The notes: generated from the sequence alone by a model not told the origin. DNA of 64,000 nucleotides from an uncultured virus (IMG/VR IMGVR_UViG_3300045911_000754) (IMGVR_UViG_3300045911_000754); one strand, 5' to 3'. Shown: positions 1 through 10,263, counted from the first letter of the stretch. Translations and numbers: made by a program.

Positions 1-3000
1 AGACCGGAGAGGTCAACTTGAGGGGCCAGCCCGTTGATGAAGTTGATCGCGCCCTGCCATGTGGACTTTAGGGTTGTGGCGATTGCCCCTACCCGTTCCG
101 GCAGTCCACGAATCGCACTCCAGTCAAAGGTCAAGGGCAGCCCCCCAATCAACGACACGAGCGCTCGCCATGTGGATCCAATCGCTTCAGATGCAGATTG
201 GATGACAGCCTTGGCTTGCTCGAACCTCGACAGGTCAGGACTGAACGGCAAACCGCCCACCAGCGTTGTAATTGATCGCCACAACGCCGCAATCTGGTCA
301 CCCACAGTCGATACCAGTCCGGGTAATGCCTCTAGTGCCATCCATCGGATCGTGGGAGTCAGTCCCTGAATGGTTCGCACCAGAGTTTGCCAGCCCGATG
401 CCACTGCATCTCTGATCGCTCCCACACGCTGAGGCAGTTCACGCAGAGCGGTCCAGTCAGCCACCAGTGGTAACCCACCCACCAGCGTCGCAAGTGATCG
501 CCATGCCGATCCGATCAAGTCCGTGGCCGATTGGGCCATCCTCCGCAACCGGTCAAATGTTGTGCCATCCACAGGCAAAGGCAGTTCACCGATCAGGGAT
601 ACCACCGATCGCCAAGCCGTCGTCATCTGTCCACCGATTGCCCTGATCATCTCAGGGATGGAGCGCAGAGTTCCCAGCCCGAAGGCCAGTGGGTTAGCGG
701 CAATCAGTGATCGCGCTGCATTCCAACGTTGAACCAACGCATCCGCCACTGATCGCATCTGCCCTGGCAGCGCCTTAGCCATGGAAAAACCCGCAATCAC
801 CCCTTGAGTGATCGCCTTGACCGCTGCCACCGACCCTTGAGCGATTGCCACCGTGCCCCGGATCGCCTGCTGAATTCCTTCAGCCACGCCCCGCCCGATC
901 TGCCCAACCCCCTCGATCGACAGGGATAGCCCGCTCGCCACCCGACCAACCGCCGCTTGTAGCGACACCGCCGCCGCCTGCATTCCCTGGACTAGGCGTT
1001 GCCAGCCTGCCCCCACCTGGGTAAAATCACCGCGCAAGGCCGCCGGAATGCCGCCCAGGATTTGCGTGATCGCCTGCCCCGTATTTGACACGACTCGGAT
1101 GATCGCCGCAAACGCCTCAATCACTCCCCGCGCCACATTGATCACGCCTTGGATCACTTTGATAATCCCGCCCAAGATCGTGCGCACGCCTAGGAAGTTG
1201 GTAGCGATCGCCGCCGCGCCCAGAGCCACCCCGCCCACGATCAACGCCACCGGTGATAGGGTAGCCAGCGCCGCTGCGCCAAACCCCAGCGCCGTCAGCG
1301 TCAGGAAACTGAACGCCCCTGCCAGCGTCGTCGCCACCGGCCCAAGGGATGCACCAAAGACCTGGGCTGATTGGGTTAATCCCGCAAAGTCAAGCTGCAA
1401 CAGAGACCGAGCCGAACCCTCCGCGAATACCACCACAGATTGTCCTAATTCCTTGAGGGCTGCCTGGACGCGCTGCTCATCAAACTCAAACAACACCCCC
1501 ACCGAGTCACCTGATCGCAGTAAGCGCGTAGAATCAACAAAGCTATCCGACAGAGACAGCCCCAATTGCCGCCCCGCAACTTGCCCTTGCTGTTGGATCG
1601 CCGCCAAATCCAGCTCCGGCAATTTCAGTGCTGGCAACTCTGGTATTTCAAATACTGGGAATGTCGGGAATGCCGGCATCTCGGGTGCGACAGTCGCGGA
1701 CGCTTTGACCGGTTGTGTCGGCATGGTGACCAAGGGGGCAGGTTTAGACTTGGAGAGAAATGCATCAAAGCGATCCAGTTGTCCACCCAAAAGCTGCCCC
1801 AATCCACTGTTGCGGATCGCATTGACCACCCCCTGCAGCATGGACAGCGCCCCTTCTATTAGCCCCCCGATCAATCGTCCTGGGTTCAGCGCTGTGGCAA
1901 TCGCTCCGCCAATCTCCAAGGCCACGCCCTGTACCCCGTCGAAGATAGACCCGAAGCGATCGCCCGCCCACTGCCACGCCTCACCAAACCACTGAGCCGG
2001 TTGCAACAGCAGTTGCCCAATCAAACTCGCCATCTGAGCTGCGCCGGCAACTAGGGGCATTTGCAAGAACCAATCAACGAACCGTCCCCACCCGGTCGCG
2101 ATCGTCTGCACGGTCACTCCAAACCCCGCCACGAGTTGATCCAGTCCAGCGCCCAGTCCTTGCCCCAGATCCAATCGCATCAACCAATCGGCCAAGTCCA
2201 GCCAGCGATTGCGTAGCCAGGTCACTGCTGCACCCAAGCCATCAATCGCCATCTGAGGCGTCGGCAAGATCAAGCCCGTGAGCCAGCCTTGAATGCCCGC
2301 CCAAGTTGATTGCACTGCCGCTGCCGCCATTTGCCCAGCATCTGCCACGCCGCCAAGCCATGATGTGGCCAGGCTCATTGCCCCCTCCCATACCTGAGCA
2401 GGGCTACCCAGGATGAGGTTCAGGCTAGCGGCGATCAACTCAGCGGGAGCCAGCAGCCAATTGAGGCTGTCGGTGATCCGCAGTCGGGCCTTTTCCCAGG
2501 CCTCGGGAATCCGCTCGGTTGGGTTGTGGTTCAGGGCGTTGATGAGCTTTTGCGCGATATCTAGGGCTGTGCTGACCAGTGGCATATTGGCAAAGAAATC
2601 TACGAACCCCTGCCACGCCCCCGTGATCCAGTCCGCCGCCCCTTTGAAAGCGTTCGCAATCCCGCCGATTTGATGCCACAAAAAAGTCAGCGGGCCTGTG
2701 ATTAACAGGTCGATCGGGACACGGATCGCCGAAAACGCCGCCGCCCCAACCTTGCCCAGTAACCCAAAGGCCTCTACCACCAAGCGCACCACACCCACGA
2801 TCGCCCGGAGCGGCAACACCACCAACGTGCCCAGCACCGAGCCAATTGCTGTGCCTACCCCCGTGCCCACACCAAAGAACGTCTTGAACGCCGCTCCAGC
2901 CATTTGCAGCGCGCGCCCAAGGTAGCCGACCTCTTTGGTGGCGGGGAACAGCGTTGCCAGCAGCGCCCGCACGTCGCCAATCAACGGAGCAAACGCACCG

Positions 3001-4952
3001 ACAAACCCCTCAACAACTCCCTTGACAATCCCCCCGAGCGCTCCAAACACAGCAGAGAGCGCCCCTAGCCCCACGCCTAGCAGGTTTAGCCCTGGCATCG
3101 TTGCCTGAATCACGGTGGCGAGCAAAGCAAAGGCCCCGATTGTCGCCCCCACCGGCCCCGTCGCGATCGCCACAAAGGCTGGGCCAATTCCTCCGATTGC
3201 CCCCGTCAGCGCCGTGATGCCGCCAACCAACCCTTGACCGGTCAGCGCCGTGAGGAGTGTGCCGAAGAATCCCGTCAAGGGAACCCCCGCCCCTGCGAGA
3301 GTTGTCAGTCCAACCGCCGCTGTCGCCAGGGACGATTGCAGCCAGAAAAACGCCGCCGCTGCCAACCCCCCGGCCATAGCCAGTCCACTCAATGCACCTA
3401 CTGCTACCCCCACCCCAATCGCAAAATTCTTGACCGGAGTAGGTAGCGACAGGAATCCCCGCATTAAGGTCGTCATCCCGTCAACCAGAGGGCGCACGAC
3501 CACCTTCAGAAAATCCCCGATCTGAACTTGCACGCCCTCAAGGGCCGACCCAAATGCTCGGAAAGCCCCTTGGAGGTTGTCCTCCATGATTTGAGCCTGG
3601 TGAGCCGCGACACCAAGTCCATCAAAAGCCTCGGAAGAGATTATGTTTTTCTTTGTTTGCTTCCGAATATTCTCGACATTGCTGAGCAGGACATCGGCGG
3701 CCGTTGATGCGTTTATCCCGAAAACTTGCTTGATGAAATTTGTTCTAGCGGCCGCCGACATGTTTGAGGAGGCCATCAACGCATTGATTTCGTCTAAGAT
3801 GTCCGGCAGTTTCCTTAGATTTCCTGCTGAGTCTGTCACCGAGACGCCCAAAGCCTCCAAGCTTTTGCGTCCAGCACTTGCCGGAGCAGCTAGGCGGAGG
3901 AGCATCTGGCGCAACCCCGTCCCTGCCATATCACCTTTAATCCCCGCATTCGCTAGCGTGCCGATCATCGCAGCGGTTTCCTCAATAGTGGAACCAAAGG
4001 ATTTGGCAGGGGCGGCGGCGTATTTCAAAGACATCCCCAGGTCTTCGACGCTGAGGTTGGCGGCGTTGGCGGTCTGGGCTAAGACATTGGAGTAGTGAGC
4101 TGCCTCGCTAGGGTCAGCTTTGAATGCACCCAGGGTAGACACTGTAATGTCGGTCGCCTTGGCTAAGTCCAAAGCGCCTGCCGCCGCTAACATCAGCGTC
4201 CCATCGATCGCCTTGAGTTGTTGCTCTGCGTTATAACCCGCCTGTCCCAACGTAACAAAGGCACTCGCGGCCTGGGATGCACTGAATCGCGTCTCCGCTC
4301 CAAGTTGCTTAGCCCGTTCTCGGATCCTCAAAGACTCTTCGACCGTTGCGCCTGACACCGCCTGAGCTTGGGCGATCTGTTCATCGAAGCTGGCAACAAC
4401 CTTGATTGCGTCTTTGCCGATTTCCATCAGGGGCATGAAAGCCGCCGCCCCCGCTGCTGCAACGCCGCCCGCTATTCCCAACCCTTGCTGGGCCGTGGCG
4501 GCCTTGCGCTGGTTTTCGGCGATAGCTTCACGATCAGCCAGGATCCGTTGTTGGCGCTTCAGATCCGCCGTCAAGATCCGCTCTTCAGCACTAACCCCTG
4601 CAATCTGTTGCTCCAGGGCTTTCAGCTCGTCAATGTAGCGGTGGATTTGTTTTCGCCCAGATTCAAAGGCTTGGGTGTTGTGGAGGTCGCCAAAGTCAAT
4701 ATTCCGCGCCTCTGCTCGGATCGCACGAAATTCCTTGCCAATTACTTGGAGCTGAGTTTTGACTTGCTGGGTGGGGATTCTGAATTGATCAGGTCCGACG
4801 ACTGGGGCCGGAGTCTGGGATTGAGTCTTGTGAAAGGATTGGAGTTGTTGTTGAAGCTGTGTTAGAGCTGTTGAAGCTTGGCGGATCTTTGCGATCGCCC
4901 CCCGATCATCAAACTCAAAAATCGCCGACAACCCGTACCGTTCTTCCGTCAT
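1..4952 (-). CDS. Tail tape measure protein (TP901/PhageMin_Tail-like), 3' end runs off the window
   Basis: Not in ORF track (no stop in window). My translation from ATG 4952: MTEERYGLSAIFEFDDRG...AKQLGAETRFSASQAASAFVTLGQAGY...LGMSLKYAAAPAKSFGSTIEETAAMIGTLANAGIKGDMAGTGLRQMLLRL..., later Trp-spaced amphipathic repeats (e.g. AWRSLATLVGGLP, LWRSITTLVGGLP, TWRALVSLIGGLP). Confidence 0.95.
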   Translation of the reverse strand, partial: MTEERYGLSAIFEFDDRGAIAKIRQASTALTQLQQQLQSFHKTQSQTPAPVVGPDQFRIPTQQVKTQLQVIGKEFRAIRAEARNIDFGDLHNTQAFESGRKQIHRYIDELKALEQQIAGVSAEERILTADLKRQQRILADREAIAENQRKAATAQQGLGIAGGVAAAGAAAFMPLMEIGKDAIKVVASFDEQIAQAQAVSGATVEESLRIRERAKQLGAETRFSASQAASAFVTLGQAGYNAEQQLKAIDGTLMLAAAGALDLAKATDITVSTLGAFKADPSEAAHYSNVLAQTANAANLSVEDLGMSLKYAAAPAKSFGSTIEETAAMIGTLANAGIKGDMAGTGLRQMLLRLAAPASAGRKSLEALGVSVTDSAGNLRKLPDILDEINALMASSNMSAAARTNFIKQVFGINASTAADVLLSNVENIRKQTKKNIISSEAFDGLGVAAHQAQIMEDNLQGAFRAFGSALEGVQVQIGDFLKVVVRPLVDGMTTLMRGFLSLPTPVKNFAIGVGVAVGALSGLAMAGGLAAAAFFWLQSSLATAAVGLTTLAGAGVPLTGFFGTLLTALTGQGLVGGITALTGAIGGIGPAFVAIATGPVGATIGAFALLATVIQATMPGLNLLGVGLGALSAVFGALGGIVKGVVEGFVGAFAPLIGDVRALLATLFPATKEVGYLGRALQMAGAAFKTFFGVGTGVGTAIGSVLGTLVVLPLRAIVGVVRLVVEAFGLLGKVGAAAFSAIRVPIDLLITGPLTFLWHQIGGIANAFKGAADWITGAWQGFVDFFANMPLVSTALDIAQKLINALNHNPTERIPEAWEKARLRITDSLNWLLAPAELIAASLNLILGSPAQVWEGAMSLATSWLGGVADAGQMAAAAVQSTWAGIQGWLTGLILPTPQMAIDGLGAAVTWLRNRWLDLADWLMRLDLGQGLGAGLDQLVAGFGVTVQTIATGWGRFVDWFLQMPLVAGAAQMASLIGQLLLQPAQWFGEAWQWAGDRFGSIFDGVQGVALEIGGAIATALNPGRLIGGLIEGALSMLQGVVNAIRNSGLGQLLGGQLDRFDAFLSKSKPAPLVTMPTQPVKASATVAPEMPAFPTFPVFEIPELPALKLPELDLAAIQQQGQVAGRQLGLSLSDSFVDSTRLLRSGDSVGVLFEFDEQRVQAALKELGQSVVVFAEGSARSLLQLDFAGLTQSAQVFGASLGPVATTLAGAFSFLTLTALGFGAAALATLSPVALIVGGVALGAAAIATNFLGVRTILGGIIKVIQGVINVARGVIEAFAAIIRVVSNTGQAITQILGGIPAALRGDFTQVGAGWQRLVQGMQAAAVSLQAAVGRVASGLSLSIEGVGQIGRGVAEGIQQAIRGTVAIAQGSVAAVKAITQGVIAGFSMAKALPGQMRSVADALVQRWNAARSLIAANPLAFGLGTLRSIPEMIRAIGGQMTTAWRSVVSLIGELPLPVDGTTFDRLRRMAQSATDLIGSAWRSLATLVGGLPLVADWTALRELPQRVGAIRDAVASGWQTLVRTIQGLTPTIRWMALEALPGLVSTVGDQIAALWRSITTLVGGLPFSPDLSRFEQAKAVIQSASEAIGSTWRALVSLIGGLPLTFDWSAIRGLPERVGAIATTLKSTWQGAINFINGLAPQVDLSG

Positions 4953-4969
4953 AATCCACTCAGTCCCCC

Positions 4970-5008
4970 AAAAAACCAAAACCCCCACGAAAAGCTTTCG
5001 CAGGGGTC
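4970..5008 (-). terminator. Intrinsic terminator-like hairpin between baseplate J and tape measure genes
   Basis: Minus strand GACCCCTGCGAAAGCTTTTCGTGGGGGT followed by T-runs. Confidence 0.6.
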
Positions 5009-5035
5009 TTGCCATAGTTTAATTGCAAACGGCAC

Positions 5036-6208
5036 CTAGACTGCGAAAATCTCCGTGTCTGCTTGGATTTCTAGTAGTTGCCATGGCTCCACCTGTAGCT
5101 CGCTGATGGGCTGTCCCGTCTCTGCGTGGCGCAAATCGCAGCGCGGTACAGCGTAAACCCCCCGTTCATTCTCGATTGCTGTTGCCACCGTCTTATCGAA
5201 TCGCTGATCACCCCAGTCTCCAAAAGGCGGGTTCACCTGCTGGACGATCGCCTCGACTGCCATCTGCCTTGCCTCGTCGTCTGACAGGGTTGTCGTGCCA
5301 CGCACCTCGATTCTTCCGTTGACGGGAACTATCTCAGCCCCATAAGCCTGGAAACGACTCCCCGTCAAAATCCGCGGCCGAATTGCTGCATCCACCGCGC
5401 TTGTCAGCTCGGCTGGATAGACGATCACGGTCGTTTGGTCACTGTGCAACCCGGGCACACCGGGGACGACTCCAGGCAGGACGTTGACTTTTTTGGCACC
5501 TGCCTCGATTGCGCTGTTATAGAAATCCGGTACGGTGACACAGCGCAACCCCCGCTGGAATTGCAGCCGCGCGCGCAGCATCGCCTCGACCAGAGTCTCC
5601 GGGTTGCGCCCTGAGAAAAGCACCGTTCCGTCATTCCAGGCACTTTCTAATCCTGTAGATAATTGTGGTACCAAAGTTAGCTCGCCTGGGGGTAACCCCT
5701 CGATCGCCCCCGGCTGATTGAGTCGACAGGGCACAGTGATCGAGGTTTCTGGATCGTTGATTTCCCGATCCTCCAAAACGATGCCAACCAGGTTTGACCT
5801 TGTAGAGCGTACCTCAAGTCCGGCCGGCACGTAGGCTCGGGGTGCGCCGGGCGATCGGGTGAAGGTTACAGACACCACTGGGTACTCGCTAGGCAAAAGC
5901 TGTACCCCAAGAGCCCGAAAAAGCTGGATCCACACCAACTCCGGCAGCAGGTTCACCTCGTGCGCTTGCAATGACAGAAGATGAACTAGCGTGCCGATCA
6001 ACTGAGACTCTGCGCTGGTTGGCGTGCGGGCGCTAAAGGGAGACGGCGCGCCCGTGGGCAATGGCTGGGCTAAGCGATCAAGCATCGCCGCGTACACCGC
6101 CCGATCATCAAAAGGGTACAGCACAGGTGCAGGAAGGATCCGCGGCTCTTGCTCTAGCCGTCCCTGCAATTCGTAGTGCGACTCGTACACGTCTAAGCCC
6201 CACAGCAC
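5036..6208 (-). CDS. Baseplate J-like wedge protein
   Basis: VTFTR..VPAGLEV, NQPG, SGRNPET..MLRAR...R.VT..DF pattern of the Baseplate_J family. Confidence 0.85.
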   Translation of the reverse strand: MLWGLDVYESHYELQGRLEQEPRILPAPVLYPFDDRAVYAAMLDRLAQPLPTGAPSPFSARTPTSAESQLIGTLVHLLSLQAHEVNLLPELVWIQLFRALGVQLLPSEYPVVSVTFTRSPGAPRAYVPAGLEVRSTRSNLVGIVLEDREINDPETSITVPCRLNQPGAIEGLPPGELTLVPQLSTGLESAWNDGTVLFSGRNPETLVEAMLRARLQFQRGLRCVTVPDFYNSAIEAGAKKVNVLPGVVPGVPGLHSDQTTVIVYPAELTSAVDAAIRPRILTGSRFQAYGAEIVPVNGRIEVRGTTTLSDDEARQMAVEAIVQQVNPPFGDWGDQRFDKTVATAIENERGVYAVPRCDLRHAETGQPISELQVEPWQLLEIQADTEIFAV

Positions 6209-6258
6209 ATCAAGTTCAACTTAACACGCTTGTTTTTTTATTTGGGGTTGCACTAGGT

Positions 6259-6282
6259 TCGTATATCGTATATCGTATATCG
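6259..6282 (+). repeat. Tandem heptamer (TCGTATA)x3 in divergent intergenic region
   Basis: tcgtata tcgtata tcgtata tcg immediately before ATG 6284. Confidence 0.8.
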
Positions 6283-6283
6283 C

Positions 6284-6619
6284 ATGTACAAGTTGATCCT
6301 TAGCCGCCAATTTTCAGCGGGTCGCCAGGCCGCCCTGATTCGTCAAGGTCGCCAGGGCCGTCGAAGAGTTAGCTACCCCAAGTCTCCAGACTGGGAAGCG
6401 GGGTACTCGATGGCGGGAGATCGCCTAGTGATGCGCAGTGTGAGATTTCCACGCTCACTCCTAGAGGTATTACCCCAAACCAAGGTTCCTTTGTCTTTGT
6501 CGGCAGAACTAGGACTACTTCTAGTCGTGCTAGGTGGAGTTCGGGGAGTGGAAGTGGAAGGCGATCAGGTGACACTCATCTTGCAAGACAAACGCAGAAT
6601 CGAATGGGAGTTCAGATGA
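6284..6619 (+). CDS. Hypothetical protein, possible RHH-like DNA-binding segment
   Basis: 111 aa ORF with RSVRFPRSLLE segment; ATGA-coupled to next gene. Confidence 0.55.
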   Translation: MYKLILSRQFSAGRQAALIRQGRQGRRRVSYPKSPDWEAGYSMAGDRLVMRSVRFPRSLLEVLPQTKVPLSLSAELGLLLVVLGGVRGVEVEGDQVTLILQDKRRIEWEFR

Positions 6620-6819
6620 AGACTAAAGCCCTTGCTAAGTACAGACGTGCCCACGAGGAGAAGAACCGCGGACGGAGCACTATTGCCAGGAGGTTGCTGC
6701 ATGAAGCAGCCGTTGCACTGAAACTCAGCCTCGACTGGACAGAAGATTCAATCTCTGACTGGGAAAACAATATCGGGGCGGTTGATGCAGCTTTTTTGTG
6801 CCAATCAGAGTCTGATTAA
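6616..6819 (+). CDS. Hypothetical protein
   Basis: ATGA overlap with upstream gene. Confidence 0.55.
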   Translation: MKTKALAKYRRAHEEKNRGRSTIARRLLHEAAVALKLSLDWTEDSISDWENNIGAVDAAFLCQSESD

Positions 6820-6857
6820 GCCGGGAAAAGCTGGAAATAACCGGTGCAAAAATTGAG

Positions 6858-7115
6858 TTGTGGCTAACTTTATTTTTCAGACATCCTCTCAAAATGCCTA
6901 CCCAAAACTCCCAAAATTCGCAATCACAAGCGATGGAAGTCAACGTGTCCGATCTTGACCGCGCCCGCCAAATTCGCCTAGCCCTGGAAGTAATTCACTG
7001 GGGTGATCGTCAAGAAATCGAGAACCTAGTCCTACCCCTTTTGCGGCTTTCCTGGGCTGTTCCTTTCAACTCGTTCGATGGGTGCATTAATGGAATTTTG
7101 GGACTGGGAGAGTAA
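6858..7115 (+). CDS. Hypothetical protein (start uncertain)
   Basis: ORF in co-oriented small-gene run. Confidence 0.5.
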   Translation: MWLTLFFRHPLKMPTQNSQNSQSQAMEVNVSDLDRARQIRLALEVIHWGDRQEIENLVLPLLRLSWAVPFNSFDGCINGILGLGE

Positions 7116-7141
7116 CCCAATTACCTAAGCCATTTGTTGAT

Positions 7142-7381
7142 TTGCCGCTGATTTTAATTGCGCAATTCAAAGACTTAAATTCTCCTATGAGTCAGTCTGA
7201 AATCCAAATCTTGCGCCGCCAATTAGAAATCGCGATCGCCGCCTTGCAAGTAGTAGCCAATCGGGATGATCGATCGGGTGTGGTTGACGCACTAAAGGCA
7301 ATCAATCAACTGGGGCAGGGCTGCCCCGCTAGCGCTGATGAGAGCAGCCCTTTGAAGAGGCTGGGTCTAAGAAAACCCTAG
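7142..7381 (+). CDS. Hypothetical protein (start uncertain)
   Basis: ORF in co-oriented small-gene run. Confidence 0.5.
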   Translation: MPLILIAQFKDLNSPMSQSEIQILRRQLEIAIAALQVVANRDDRSGVVDALKAINQLGQGCPASADESSPLKRLGLRKP

Positions 7382-7427
7382 ACACACGACATGAAGCCGA
7401 CGTTCACCTCACTCTAATCTTATCAGA

Positions 7428-7832
7428 ATGAACGAAGAAAAAGCCCAATTAGTTGCTTTAGCAGCCTTCACCCACTTGCAAGACGTTCAGGATCTCATAG
7501 GGAACCCCCCAGTTTCTTACGAGGTCATTGGCAGCCCTGAAAGTTTGGTAACCGATAGCCCTTTAAAACTAAAAGGGGCGTCCTGGATTGAAAAAGGGGT
7601 ACGTCTGCCCTTTAAACGAGAGCTAGCCACCGGAACCGAATTTCAACGGTTTTTAGACGATGTCAATCGGCGGGGTTGGGTCTGCGAATGGGACGAAAAT
7701 TCGACCACTCGCACCGTGACCGCAATCTTTTTTCCGTTGGGGGCTAACACGGACGAAGTTGTTGAATTTCTGTGCCGTTGGATTCCGAAACCAACCTGCC
7801 GCGGGATGGACGACCTTTTGAATTTAATTTAA
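7428..7832 (+). CDS. Hypothetical protein
   Basis: 134 aa ATG ORF in co-oriented run. Confidence 0.6.
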   Translation: MNEEKAQLVALAAFTHLQDVQDLIGNPPVSYEVIGSPESLVTDSPLKLKGASWIEKGVRLPFKRELATGTEFQRFLDDVNRRGWVCEWDENSTTRTVTAIFFPLGANTDEVVEFLCRWIPKPTCRGMDDLLNLI

Positions 7833-7846
7833 AAACGGGGACTGGA

Positions 7847-8236
7847 ATGGAGACTCCAGGAATTAACCAGGCAATTCATCAGGAATCGACCGAAGGCGGC
7901 GCGTATGCGTATTTTCTGGGCATGGAAGACGATTGGGAAGAAGAGACTATGGAGATTCAACTAACAGGAATCAACCGGGTAATTGCCCAGAAATTGACCG
8001 AAAGCGGCGCGTATTTTCTGGGTATGGAAGACGATTGTCCTGAAGAACCTGATGCCCCCGCCGTCTATGTTCGTAACTGGCGCATTGCTATCCACAGCTC
8101 AGGTGCTGCACTTGAGCTGCGCTGTGAAGGGCACATTTTTGACTACATCCTGAGCGAGGAAGAAGACAATGTAACAGAACAAAAGCGCCTTGCGACGCTA
8201 ATTTCAGAGTTAATTGCCGAAGAGGAGCGAGACTAA
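7847..8236 (+). CDS. Acidic hypothetical protein with internal duplication
   Basis: GINQ..STEGGAYAYFLGMEDD and GINR..LTESGAYFLGMEDD repeats. Confidence 0.6.
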   Translation: METPGINQAIHQESTEGGAYAYFLGMEDDWEEETMEIQLTGINRVIAQKLTESGAYFLGMEDDCPEEPDAPAVYVRNWRIAIHSSGAALELRCEGHIFDYILSEEEDNVTEQKRLATLISELIAEEERD

Positions 8237-8307
8237 CTGTGCCTCAGGCTTTATTCCAATCAGATAGTTGACATTGTTTTGGATTTCTACCTCAAAAAGA
8301 GAGCATC

Positions 8308-9420
8308 ATGATCACCATCAACGCCAAAGAATTGCAAGCGGCAATTGTCGCTACTGGACGTGCTGTCCCATCGCAATCGTCTAGCACAATCCCAGGCAGT
8401 TTATTGTTGGTTGCCGACAAAAACTCGAGCAAGATCTCATTAACAGGGTTCGATCTTGACCTAGGGATTACAGTCAAGATTGACGCGGAAATCACCCAGT
8501 CAACTAGTCTCATGATTCCCGCGAAACCGTTCAGCGAGATCGTCTCGAAAGCAGAAGGTGTGATCGAGCTGGAACCCGCCGCCCCTTTGAATTTAGTAAT
8601 TCGGACTCAGACCGGAAGATATCAGATTCAGGGTGGGGAACCAGGAGACTTTATTGCCCCTCCAGAAGTAGAGACAGAGCCAATCGTCATCCCCGCTGCT
8701 CTTCTACGGGCAGCCGACTCGGTTCTGTTTTCCGCTTCTACAGACGAATCAAAACAGATCCTTTGCGGCGTACACCTTTCCCAGGGAAGCGAGGCGATTA
8801 AACTTTATGCCACCGACGGACACCGCTTGACAACCTATGAGTACCCGATCACCGAAGAGATCCAGATCCCTTCGGTCACGATTCCTCGATCATCGCTAAC
8901 AGAAATTGTCCGGCTGCTAAAGACGGCGGGGGAGACAGTCGAACTCTATGTTGCCCCTGGGATTGTGGCTTTGCAGTGGGAAGATTGTCGCGTTGTGAGT
9001 CGCACCCTGACAGGAACTTACCCTGATTGCGACAGGCTGATTCCCAGCGATTTCCGTTGGACGCTCACGATCAATCGCAAGGCTCTGTTGGGAGCGATTG
9101 ATCGGATTAGCGTGATCGCCAACCAAGGGATTAATCACAGGGTCAAGATTCAGTCCGATCCTTCGCGTCAGTGGCTAAACCTTTCAGCCGTCTTTCCTGA
9201 CTTAGGGACTGGCTCCGAGCAAATCGAGATCAGCGCCCAACCTGACGAAGACACGATCGAGTTGAGCCTCAACGGCAAATACTTGACGGAGGCACTGAAA
9301 CACCTGCCCGCAGCCGAAGTTCAGATGCATATCAACAGCGCAAACACCCCCGTCGTAATCACCCCCCTAGATGGGCCCAAGATAATGGCGCTTGTGATGC
9401 CGCTCCTGGTTCGCGACTGA
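8308..9420 (+). CDS. dnaN: DNA polymerase III beta sliding clamp
   Basis: 370 aa; LTGFDLDLGI, SASTDESKQILCGV, ATDGHRL, GTYPDCDRLIP, LNGKYL.EAL, LVMPL motifs. Confidence 0.95.
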   Translation: MITINAKELQAAIVATGRAVPSQSSSTIPGSLLLVADKNSSKISLTGFDLDLGITVKIDAEITQSTSLMIPAKPFSEIVSKAEGVIELEPAAPLNLVIRTQTGRYQIQGGEPGDFIAPPEVETEPIVIPAALLRAADSVLFSASTDESKQILCGVHLSQGSEAIKLYATDGHRLTTYEYPITEEIQIPSVTIPRSSLTEIVRLLKTAGETVELYVAPGIVALQWEDCRVVSRTLTGTYPDCDRLIPSDFRWTLTINRKALLGAIDRISVIANQGINHRVKIQSDPSRQWLNLSAVFPDLGTGSEQIEISAQPDEDTIELSLNGKYLTEALKHLPAAEVQMHINSANTPVVITPLDGPKIMALVMPLLVRD

Positions 9421-9501
9421 AACCAGTGAATATCACCCCCCCCACAGCACCCTCTAGGTGGAGACGCTATGGGGAGTTAAATCAGGTAACACCTATTACG
9501 G

Positions 9502-9539
9502 AAACCCCGCGCCAGTAGCTCTGGTGCGGGGTTTGTTTT
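9502..9539. terminator. Hairpin terminator between convergent dnaN and SSB-like gene
   Basis: aaaccccgcgccag-tagct-ctggtgcggggttt plus T-rich tail. Confidence 0.75.
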
Positions 9540-9585
9540 AAACTCTGTTTAGTCTAGGTGATTGCTCAGATTCAAATCAACCTGA

Positions 9586-9897
9586 CTAGAACGGGATTTC
9601 ATTGTCATCGACGACTGGTGGATGCTGCGGCTCTTTGGGCGTGACGGGTAACACACCCAGGATAGACCGAACGTCGACTCTCATTGGCGAGAATTTGTCG
9701 GCGGTCGGCCTCAGCTCGCACCGGGCGACAATTCGAGACCCTTTCGCGGATTCCAATTGCTTACCAACTTCATTATAAGCAACAGCAATCAGTGGAATTT
9801 CCCCTCCACGTGTATCACGGGCCACGACCCGAGCCTTGACACCGTCATACAATACCTCCACCTGTCGAACCTCAAGGGATAGCAAAGAAAAATTCAT
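9586..9897 (-). CDS. SSB-like OB-fold protein with acidic C-terminal tail
   Basis: Beta-rich 103 aa, ends VDDNEIPF like SSB tails; adjacent to ssb. Confidence 0.6.
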   Translation of the reverse strand: MNFSLLSLEVRQVEVLYDGVKARVVARDTRGGEIPLIAVAYNEVGKQLESAKGSRIVARCELRPTADKFSPMRVDVRSILGVLPVTPKEPQHPPVVDDNEIPF

Positions 9898-9906
9898 GGT
9901 CGTTTC

Positions 9907-10263
9907 CTAGAAAATGCTGTCGGATTGGACTTGGGCAGCACCGCCCCCACCCAAGAATCGAAACTCACGGGCGACGATCACGTACTTGTAACAGTCCTTG
10001 CCGCTATCCTTGTCCACCCAAGATTCGTAGCGCAAATCTCCGCAAAGGCTAATCTGCCTCCCTTTTGAGAGATGGCGATCAACAACCTCGGACAGCTTGC
10101 CCCAGAATTCAATGTTGAACCAAAAGGGGCTGTCCTTGTCTCGGGGGTTGTCCACTGCCAAGCGCACCTTGGCTACACGCTTGCCGCTTGGAAAGGTGCG
10201 CAGTTCGGGAGGCCCGCCTGTGCGTCCAACCAAACAAACTTCGTTGATGAGGTGACAATTCAT
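9907..10263 (-). CDS. ssb: Single-stranded DNA-binding protein
   Basis: INEVCLVGRTGGPPELRTFPSG..LAVD...WFNIEFWGK....LSKGRQI..G.L..E.W. Confidence 0.92.
   Translation of the reverse strand: MNCHLINEVCLVGRTGGPPELRTFPSGKRVAKVRLAVDNPRDKDSPFWFNIEFWGKLSEVVDRHLSKGRQISLCGDLRYESWVDKDSGKDCYKYVIVAREFRFLGGGGAAQVQSDSIF

Noticed and set aside
34..4865. Many plus-strand ORFs in the track
   Set aside because: Antisense shadows of the tape measure gene, which the track missed because it lacks a stop in the window
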